NCBI GenBank assembly: GCA_964035545.1
Contig: CAXIUT010000103.1
Span: 496,001-560,000, forward strand
Direction of reading: 5' to 3'
Source of the DNA: Bugula neritina
Taxonomy: Eukaryota > Animalia > Bryozoa
DNA length: 64,000 bases
Shown piece after piece: positions 53,530-64,000 of this stretch (the first letter of the stretch is position 1; each line of letters begins with the position of its first letter). The position numbers and the translations under genes were made by a program. Below the pieces are notes generated by a model, which had not been told where the DNA came from, did no database searches, and worked only from the letters and a program-made list of their open reading frames with translations.

Positions 53530-56500
53530 AACAATTGAAGTTGAAATCTCCATGTAGTCAACACTTTAGTCCTAATGTCAAATGCAAACGCCTGCAATCA
53601 AACTGTGTAGACTTCATGAGCTGGTTAGCTGACAGGACTCATTAAAGTTCTTAACTCTTGTGTGTATAGTGATGCCCATCTTGAACTAGAGAGGGCTGAC
53701 TGAAGACTGCTACTTTGTGAAAATTGACAATGCATATTATTATTATTCATTGTTGAGATTCACGACTGCCATAAACAATGATAAAATATTCATCGTTGGT
53801 ACTACTGAGTAGAATAAAATATAATATAATATTATTTTCTGGACAAATAAATAATATCAAATGCATATTATAACTTACCATAGATCTACTGTGCTTCACA
53901 TCTTCACTTTTTTCTGCAATGTTATTTCTTTGCAGTTAGAAGTACTAGTTGAAAATATGACTATGAAACATAACCCTTCAATTTCATTGCACCAGCACCA
54001 GTTGCAAGATAGGTGTGTTGGGAGTTATCTTTCCCAAAATTTTGTTCTTTGTGTTTATACGAAGCAGACACAGGCTAATATTAGTTTTGTTATTTGCAAG
54101 AGTTTTTCTGTCTGATTGTCCATCAGCAAAAGTTTGGCCTTGCAGTTATTATGGAAATACCAGTGATGCTGGAAGACCTTTGCATTGTACACCCGCTTTT
54201 ACTATTGAATTTAGATGTTTTATTTTCCCATCCCCTCTCCTGCCCCCCCTGTCCCCTCTAACAACCAGCAATCCTGACTCATGTGAATTGTGTTATTGTG
54301 CTAGAGTTGGCCCATGGGCCTACAGTATACGATTTGAAGCTTTATAGTTTACAGGCAGTGGAGATGAGTCACTGCTAAAACCCATTTTGTTAGTAGACTA
54401 TATTGCTCTTCAATCGTCAGTTTTCATATTAAAAGAGAAAGCTCATCTGCAGCGCCATTTCACAGTGTTTTATTTTGCTAGAGCAATAACTAATTTTAGA
54501 TGCCTTTGCAAACATATGAGAAATAAATGAGTGATTCTATGAAAAGAGATGTTTGCAGCAATTGTCCACTTTTGATTTACAAGCGGCATGGAAACTTTTG
54601 TAGTTTTAAATAATATCTCCAAACTCATCACTTGCATGTGTTTATAGACTTGATAAATTTTTTTATGCAAACCTTGATGCCTGCTTCAAAGACACCAGTG
54701 CTTAATTACTGTGTTAACTGTATTGGCACGTTGCCATGAGATATTTCGTAATATTTCGCATCACAACAAACTCTTCAGAAAGTTAAGAAAATCAGTCTAG
54801 AAAGTTAATGAAATAAACCTACCAGAAAGAGTAAGCCAGATGTAACAAGTAGATCCAAAACAAGTTGATTAACAATTGAAGTTGAAATCTCCATGTAGTC
54901 AACACTTTAGTCCTAATGTCAAATGCAAACGTCTGCAATCAAACTGTGTAGACTTCATGAGCTGGTTAGCTGAAAGGACTCATTAAAGTTCTTAACTCTT
55001 GTGTGTATAGTGATGCCCATCTTGAACTAGAGAGGGCTGACTGAAGACTGCTACTTTGTGAAAATTGACAATGCATATTATTATTATTCATTGTTGAGAT
55101 TCACGACTGCCATAAACAATGATAAAATATTCATTGTTGGTACTACTGAGTAGAATAAAATATAATATAATATTATTTTCTGGACAAATAAATAATATCA
55201 AATGCATATTATAACTTACCATAAATCTACAGTGCTTCACATCTTCACCTTTTTCTGCAATGTTGATTCTTTGCAGTTAGAAGTACTAGTTGAAAATATG
55301 ACTATGAAACATAACCCTTCAATTTCATTGCACCAGCACCAGTTGCAAGATAGGTGTGTTGGGAGTTATCTTTCCCAAAATTTTGTTCTTGGTGTTTATA
55401 CGAAGCAGACACAGGCTAATATTAGTTTTGTTATTTGTAAGAGTTTTTCTGTCTGATTGTCCATCAGCAAAAGTTTGGCCTTGCAGTTATTATGGAAATA
55501 CCAGTGATGCTGGAAGACCTTTGCATTGTACACCCGCCTTTACTATTGAATTTAGATGTTTTATTTTCCCATCCCCTCTCCTGCCCCCCTGTCCCCTCTA
55601 ACAACCAGCAATCCTGACTCATGTGAATTGTGTTATTGTTCTAGAGTTGGCCCATGGGCCTACAGTATACGATTTGAAGCTTTATAGTTTACAGGCAGTG
55701 GAGATGAGTCACTGCTAAAACCCATTTTGTTAGTAGACTATATTGCTCTTCAATCATCAGTTTTCATATTAAAAGAGAAAGCTCATCTGCAGCGCCATTT
55801 CACAGTGTTAAATTTTGCTAGAGCAAAAACTAATTTTAGATGCCTTTGCAAACATATGAGAAATAAATGAGTCATTCCATGAAAAGAGGTGTTTGCAGCA
55901 ATTGTCCACTTTTGATTTACAAGCGGCATGGAAACTTTTGTAGTTTTAAATAATATCTCCAAACTCATCACTTGCATGTGTTTAGATACTTGATAAATTT
56001 TTTTATGCAAAACTTGATGCCTGCTTCAAAGACACCAGTGCTTAATTACTGTGTTAACTGTATTGGCATGTTGCCATGAGATATTTGGTAATATTTCGCA
56101 TCACAACAAACTCTTCAGAAAGTTAAGAAAATCAGTATAGAAAGTTAATGAAATAAACCTACCAGAAAGAGTAAGCCAGATGTAACAAGTAGATCCAAAA
56201 CAATTACTTGATTAACAATTGAAGTTGAAATCTCCATGTAGTCAACACTTTAGTCCTAATGTCAAATGCAAACGCCTGCAATCAAACTGTGTAGACTTCA
56301 TGAGCTGGTTAGCTGACAGGACTCATTAAAGTTCTTAACTCTTGTGTGTATAGTGATGCCCATCTTGAACTAGAGAGGGCTGACTGAAGACTGCTACTTT
56401 GTGAAAATTGACAATGCATATTATTATTATTCATTGTTGAGATTCACGACTGCCATAAACAATGATAAAATATTCATTGTTGGTACTACTGAGTAGAATA

Positions 56501-59500
56501 AAATATAATATAATATTATTTTCTGGACAAATAAATAATATCAAATGCATATTATAACTTACCATAAATCTACAGTGCTTCACATCTTCACTTTTTTCTG
56601 CAATGTTATTTCTTTGCAGTTAGAAGTACTAGTTGAAAATATGACTATGAAACATAACCCTTCAATTTCATTGCACCAGCACCAGTTGCAAGATAGGTGT
56701 GTTGGGAGTTATCTTTCCCAAAATTTTGTTCTTTGTGTTTATACGAAGAAGACACAGGCTAATATTAGTTTTGTTATTTGCAAGAGTTTTTCTGTCTGAT
56801 TGTCCATCAGCAAAAGTTTGGCCTTGCAGTTATTATGGAAATACCAGTGATGCTGGAAGACCTTTGCATTGTACACCCGCTTTTACTATTGAATTTAGAT
56901 GTTTTATTTTCCCATCCCCTCTCCTGCCCCCCCTGTCCCCTCTAACAACCAGCAATCCTGACTCATGTGAATTGTGTTATTGTTCTAGAGTTGGCCCATG
57001 GGCCTACAGTATACGATTTGAAGCTTTATAGTTTACAGGCAGTGGAGATGAGTCACTGCTAAAACCCATTTTGTTAGTAGACTATATTGCTCTTCAATCA
57101 TCAGTTTTCATATTAAAAGAGAAAGCTCATCTGCAGCGCCATTTCACAGTGTTATATTTTGCTAGAGCAAAAACTAATTTTAGATGCCTTTGCAAACATA
57201 TGAGAAATAAATGAGTCATTCCATGAAAAGAGGTGTTTGCAGCAATTGTCCACTTTTGATTTACAAGCGGCATGGAAACTTTTGTAGTTTTAAATAATAT
57301 CTCCAAACTCATCACTTGCATGTGTTTAGATACTTGATAAATTTTTTTATGCAAAACTTGATGCCTGCTTCAAAGACACCAGTGCTTAATTACTGTGTTA
57401 ACTGTATTGGCATGTTGCCATGAGATATTTGGTAATATTTCGCATCACAACAAACTCTTCAGAAAGTTAAGAAAATCAGTCTAGAAAGTTAATGAAATAA
57501 ACCTACCAATAAGAGTAAGCCAGATGTAACAAGTAGATCCAAAACAATTAGTTGATTAACAATTGAAGTTGAAATCTCCATGTAGTCAACACTTTAGTCC
57601 TAATGTCAAATGCAAACGCCTGCAATCAAACTGTGTAGACTTCATGAGGTGGTTAGCTGACAGGACTCATTAAAGTTCTAAACTCTTGTGTGTATAGTGA
57701 TGCCCATCTTGAACTAGAGAGGGCTGACTGAAGACTGCTACTTTGTGAAAATTGACAATGCATATTATTATTATTCATTGTTGAGATTCACGACTGCCAT
57801 AAACAATGATAAAATATTCATTGTTGGTACTACTGAGTAGAATAAAATATAATATAATATTATTTTCTGGACAAATAAATAATATCAAATGCATATTATA
57901 ACTTACCATAAATCTACTGTGCTTCACATCTTCACTTTTTTCTGCAATGTTATTTCTTTGCAGTTAGAAGTACTAGTTGAAAATATGACTATGAAACATA
58001 ACCCTTCAATTTCATTGCACCAGCACCAGTTGCAAGATAGGTGTGTTGGGAGTTATCTTTCCCAAAATTTTGTTCTTTGTGTTTATACGAAGCAGACACA
58101 GGCTAATATTAGTTTTGTTATTTGCAAGAGTTTTTCTGTCTGATTGTCCATCAGCAAAAGTTTGGCCTTGCAGTTATTATGGAAATACCAGTGATGCTGG
58201 AAGACCTTTGCATTGTACACCCGCTTTTACTATTGAATTTAGATGTTTTATTTTCCCATCCCCTCTCCTGCCCCCCCTGTCCCCTCTAACAACCAGCAAT
58301 CCTGACTCATGTGAATTGTGTTATTGTGCTAGAGTTGGCCCATGGGCCTACAGTATACGATTTGAAGCTTTATAGTTTACAGGCAGTGGAGATGAGTCAC
58401 TGCTAAAACCCATTTTGTTAGTAGACTATATTGCTCTTCAATCGTCAGTTTTCATATTAAAAGAGAAAGCTCATCTGCAGCGCCATTTCACAGTGTTTTA
58501 TTTTGCTAGAGCAATAACTAATTTTAGATGCCTTTGCAAACATATGAGAAATAAATGAGTGATTCTATGAAAAGAGATGTTTGCAGCAATTGTCCACTTT
58601 TGATTTACAAGCAGCATGGAAACTTTTGTAGTTTTAAATAATATCTCCAAACTCATCACTTGCATGTGTTTATAGACTTGATAAATTTTTTTATGCAAAC
58701 CTTGATGCCTGCTTCAAAGACACCAGTGCTTAATTACTGTGTTAACTGTATTGGCACGTTGCCATGAGATATTTCGTAATATTTCGCATCACAACAAACT
58801 CTTCAGAAAGTTAAGAAAATCAGTCTAGAAAGTTAATGAAATAAACCTACCAGAAAGAGTAAGCCAGATGTAACAAGTAGATCCAAAACAAGTTGATTAA
58901 CAATTGAAGTTGAAATCTCCATGTAGTCAACACTTTAGTCCTAATGTCAAATGCAAACGCCTGCAATCAAACTGTGTAGACTTCATGAGCTGGTTAGCTG
59001 ACAGGACTCATTAAAGTTCTTAACTCTTGTGTGTATAGTGATGCCCATCTTGAACTAGAGAGGGCTGACTGAAGACTGCTACTTTGTGAAAATTGACAAT
59101 GCATATTATTATTATTCATTGTTGAGATTCACGACTGCCATAAACAATGATAAAATATTCATCGTTGGTACTACTGAGTAGAATAAAATATAATATAATA
59201 TTATTTTCTGGACAAATAAATAATATCAAATGCATATTATAACTTACCATAGATCTACTGTGCTTCACATCTTCACTTTTTTCTGCAATGTTATTTCTTT
59301 GCAGTTAGAAGTACTAGTTGAAAATATGACTATGAAACATAACCCTTCAATTTCATTGCACCAGCACCAGTTGCAAGATAGGTGTGTTGGGAGTTATCTT
59401 TCCCAAAATTTTGTTCTTTGTGTTTATACGAAGCAGACACAGGCTAATATTAGTTTTGTTATTTGCAAGAGTTTTTCTGTCTGATTGTCCATCAGCAAAA

Positions 59501-62500
59501 GTTTGGCCTTGCAGTTATTATGGAAATACCAGTGATGCTGGAAGACCTTTGCATTGTACACCCGCTTTTACTATTGAATTTAGATGTTTTATTTTCCCAT
59601 CCCCTCTCCTGCCCCCCCTGTCCCCTCTAACAACCAGCAATCCTGACTCATGTGAATTGTGTTATTGTGCTAGAGTTGGCCCATGGGCCTACAGTATACG
59701 ATTTGAAGCTTTATAGTTTACAGGCAGTGGAGATGAGTCACTGCTAAAACCCATTTTGTTAGTAGACTATATTGCTCTTCAATCGTCAGTTTTCATATTA
59801 AAAGAGAAAGCTCATCTGCAGCGCCATTTCACAGTGTTTTATTTTGCTAGAGCAATAACTAATTTTAGATGCCTTTGCAAACATATGAGAAATAAATGAG
59901 TGATTCTATGAAAAGAGATGTTTGCAGCAATTGTCCACTTTTGATTTACAAGCGGCATGGAAACTTTTGTAGTTTTAAATAATATCTCCAAACTCATCAC
60001 TTGCATGTGTTTATAGACTTGATAAATTTTTTTATGCAAACCTTGATGCCTGCTTCAAAGACACCAGTGCTTAATTACTGTGTTAACTGTATTGGCACGT
60101 TGCCATGAGATATTTCGTAATATTTCGCATCACAACAAACTCTTCAGAAAGTTAAGAAAATCAGTCTAGAAAGTTAATGAAATAAACCTACCAGAAAGAG
60201 TAAGCCAGATGTAACAAGTAGATCCAAAACAAGTTGATTAACAATTGAAGTTGAAATCTCCATGTAGTCAACACTTTAGTCCTAATGTCAAATGCAAACG
60301 TCTGCAATCAAACTGTGTAGACTTCATGAGCTGGTTAGCTGAAAGGACTCATTAAAGTTCTTAACTCTTGTGTGTATAGTGATGCCCATCTTGAACTAGA
60401 GAGGGCTGACTGAAGACTGCTACTTTGTGAAAATTGACAATGCATATTATTATTATTCATTGTTGAGATTCACGACTGCCATAAACAATGATAAAATATT
60501 CATTGTTGGTACTACTGAGTAGAATAAAATATAATATAATATTATTTTCTGGACAAATAAATAATATCAAATGCATATTATAACTTACCATAAATCTACA
60601 GTGCTTCACATCTTCACCTTTTTCTGCAATGTTGATTCTTTGCAGTTAGAAGTACTAGTTGAAAATATGACTATGAAACATAACCCTTCAATTTCATTGC
60701 ACCAGCACCAGTTGCAAGATAGGTGTGTTGGGAGTTATCTTTCCCAAAATTTTGTTCTTGGTGTTTATACGAAGCAGACACAGGCTAATATTAGTTTTGT
60801 TATTTGTAAGAGTTTTTCTGTCTGATTGTCCATCAGCAAAAGTTTGGCCTTGCAGTTATTATGGAAATACCAGTGATGCTGGAAGACCTTTGCATTGTAC
60901 ACCCGCCTTTACTATTGAATTTAGATGTTTTATTTTCCCATCCCCTCTCCTGCCCCCCTGTCCCCTCTAACAACCAGCAATCCTGACTCATGTGAATTGT
61001 GTTATTGTTCTAGAGTTGGCCCATGGGCCTACAGTATACGATTTGAAGCTTTATAGTTTACAGGCAGTGGAGATGAGTCACTGCTAAAACCCATTTTGTT
61101 AGTAGACTATATTGCTCTTCAATCATCAGTTTTCATATTAAAAGAGAAAGCTCATCTGCAGCGCCATTTCACAGTGTTAAATTTTGCTAGAGCAAAAACT
61201 AATTTTAGATGCCTTTGCAAACATATGAGAAATAAATGAGTCATTCCATGAAAAGAGGTGTTTGCAGCAATTGTCCACTTTTGATTTACAAGCGGCATGG
61301 AAACTTTTGTAGTTTTAAATAATATCTCCAAACTCATCACTTGCATGTGTTTAGATACTTGATAAATTTTTTTATGCAAAACTTGATGCCTGCTTCAAAG
61401 ACACCAGTGCTTAATTACTGTGTTAACTGTATTGGCATGTTGCCATGAGATATTTGGTAATATTTCGCATCACAACAAACTCTTCAGAAAGTTAAGAAAA
61501 TCAGTATAGAAAGTTAATGAAATAAACCTACCAGAAAGAGTAAGCCAGATGTAACAAGTAGATCCAAAACAATTACTTGATTAACAATTGAAGTTGAAAT
61601 CTCCATGTAGTCAACACTTTAGTCCTAATGTCAAATGCAAACGCCTGCAATCAAACTGTGTAGACTTCATGAGCTGGTTAGCTGACAGGACTCATTAAAG
61701 TTCTTAACTCTTGTGTGTATAGTGATGCCCATCTTGAACTAGAGAGGGCTGACTGAAGACTGCTACTTTGTGAAAATTGACAATGCATATTATTATTATT
61801 CATTGTTGAGATTCACGACTGCCATAAACAATGATAAAATATTCATTGTTGGTACTACTGAGTAGAATAAAATATAATATAATATTATTTTCTGGACAAA
61901 TAAATAATATCAAATGCATATTATAACTTACCATAAATCTACAGTGCTTCACATCTTCACTTTTTTCTGCAATGTTATTTCTTTGCAGTTAGAAGTACTA
62001 GTTGAAAATATGACTATGAAACATAACCCTTCAATTTCATTGCACCAGCACCAGTTGCAAGATAGGTGTGTTGGGAGTTATCTTTCCCAAAATTTTGTTC
62101 TTTGTGTTTATACGAAGAAGACACAGGCTAATATTAGTTTTGTTATTTGCAAGAGTTTTTCTGTCTGATTGTCCATCAGCAAAAGTTTGGCCTTGCAGTT
62201 ATTATGGAAATACCAGTGATGCTGGAAGACCTTTGCATTGTACACCCGCTTTTACTATTGAATTTAGATGTTTTATTTTCCCATCCCCTCTCCTGCCCCC
62301 CCTGTCCCCTCTAACAACCAGCAATCCTGACTCATGTGAATTGTGTTATTGTTCTAGAGTTGGCCCATGGGCCTACAGTATACGATTTGAAGCTTTATAG
62401 TTTACAGGCAGTGGAGATGAGTCACTGCTAAAACCCATTTTGTTAGTAGACTATATTGCTCTTCAATCATCAGTTTTCATATTAAAAGAGAAAGCTCATC

Positions 62501-64000
62501 TGCAGCGCCATTTCACAGTGTTATATTTTGCTAGAGCAAAAACTAATTTTAGATGCCTTTGCAAACATATGAGAAATAAATGAGTCATTCCATGAAAAGA
62601 GGTGTTTGCAGCAATTGTCCACTTTTGATTTACAAGCGGCATGGAAACTTTTGTAGTTTTAAATAATATCTCCAAACTCATCACTTGCATGTGTTTAGAT
62701 ACTTGATAAATTTTTTTATGCAAAACTTGATGCCTGCTTCAAAGACACCAGTGCTTAATTACTGTGTTAACTGTATTGGCATGTTGCCATGAGATATTTG
62801 GTAATATTTCGCATCACAACAAACTCTTCAGAAAGTTAAGAAAATCAGTCTAGAAAGTTAATGAAATAAACCTACCAGAAAGAGTAAGCCAGATGTAACA
62901 AGTAGATCCAAAACAATTAGTTGATTAACAATTGAAGTTGAAATCTCCATGTAGTCAACACTTTAGTCCTAATGTCAAATGCAAACGCCTGCAATCAAAC
63001 TGTGTAGACTTCATGAGCTGGTTAGCTGACAGGACTCATTAAAGTTCTAAACTCTTGTGTGTATAGTGATGCCCATCTTGAACTAGAGAGGGCTGACTGA
63101 AGACTGCTACTTTGTGAAAATTGACAATGCATATTATTATTATTCATTGTTGAGATTCACGACTGCCATAAACAATGATAAAATATTCATTGTTGGTACT
63201 ACTGAGTAGAATAAAATATAATATAATATTATTTTCTGGACAAATAAATAATATCAAATGCATATTATAACTTACCATAAATCTACAGTGCTTCACATCT
63301 TCACTTTTTTCTGCAATGTTATTTCTTTGCAGTTAGAAGTACTAGTTGAAAATATGACTATGAAACATAACCCTTCAATTTCATTGCACCAGCACCAGTT
63401 GCAAGATAGGTGTGTTGGGAGTTATCTTTCCCAAAATTTTGTTCTTTGTGTTTATACGAAGCAGACACAGGCTAATATTAGTTTTGTTATTTGCAAGAGT
63501 TTTTCTGTCTGATTGTCCATCAGCAAAAGTTTGGCCTTGCAGTTATTATGGAAATACCAGTGATGCTGGAAGACCTTTGCATTGTACACCCGCTTTTACT
63601 ATTGAATTTAGATGTTTTATTTTCCCATCCCCTCTCCTGCCCCCCCTGTCCCCTCTAACAACCAGCAATCCTGACTCATGTGAATTGTGTTATTGTTCTA
63701 GAGTTGGCCCATGGGCCTACAGTATACGATTTGAAGCTTTATAGTTTACAGGCAGTGGAGATGAGTCACTGCTAAAACCCATTTTGTTAGTAGACTATAT
63801 TGCTCTTCAATCATCAGTTTTCATATTAAAAGAGAAAGCTCATCTGCAGCGCCATTTCACAGTGTTATATTTTGCTAGAGCAAAAACTAATTTTAGATGC
63901 CTTTGCAAACATATGAGAAATAAATGAGTCATTCCATGAAAAGAGGTGTTTGCAGCAATTGTCCACTTTTGATTTACAAGCGGCATGGAAAATTTTGTAG
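53530..64000 (-). repeat. 4-monomer higher-order duplication, period 5369 bp (~2 copies, runs off the window end)
   Basis: catcgttgg at 53791/59160, AKFNT ORF at 55783/61152, cagtatagaa at 56133/61502, YTKKTQ ORF at 56545/61914, ttctaaactc at 57676/63045. Confidence 0.9.

Larger units (their letters stand above)
29028..64000 (-). repeat. Tandem macrosatellite array, right arm (~26 copies of the same monomer, reverse-complemented); continues beyond the window end
   Basis: The same anchor lies on the minus strand at 29167, 30510, 31854, 33193, 34533, 35877, ~37222, 38565, 39909, 41250, 42591, 43931, 45275, 46619, 47960, 49301, 50642, 51982, 53326, 54670, 56010, 57354, 58698, 60039, 61379 and 62723. 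Spacing is 1339-1345 bp. Confidence 0.99.

Noticed and set aside
5-63744. Recurrent 60-110 aa ORFs (MHK…, MHIITY…, MLGVIF…, MYNAKV…) as a tandem gene family
   Set aside because: They are short, overlap on both strands and resemble no domain I recognise. They are created or destroyed by homopolymer indels and stops among copies, with no sign of frame conservation.

Overview
The whole 64 kb window is one AT-rich (~35% GC by eye) tandem array of a ~1.34 kb monomer (1338-1345 bp, ~48 copies), with no unique sequence and no credible gene, RNA gene or CRISPR. All short ORFs recur once per monomer and are freely broken by frameshifts and stops. The array switches orientation once, at 29028-29030. 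About 21.6 monomers run one way (1-29030) and about 26 run the opposite way (29028-64000), joined through a 3-bp GTG microhomology at the end of a small hairpin, so the window is a giant imperfect inverted repeat. The two arms are distinct sequence subfamilies. Both show nested 1- to 6-monomer block duplications (incipient higher-order repeats). The left arm also has chimeric monomers carrying a ~10%-diverged segment. Each monomer has a compact motif module: up to three TGA(C/G)TCA sites, a 12-bp palindrome and a G-quadruplex-type tract. CpG depletion suggests a methylated eukaryotic genome. I cannot identify the organism or the satellite family. A centromeric or pericentromeric role is only an inference.
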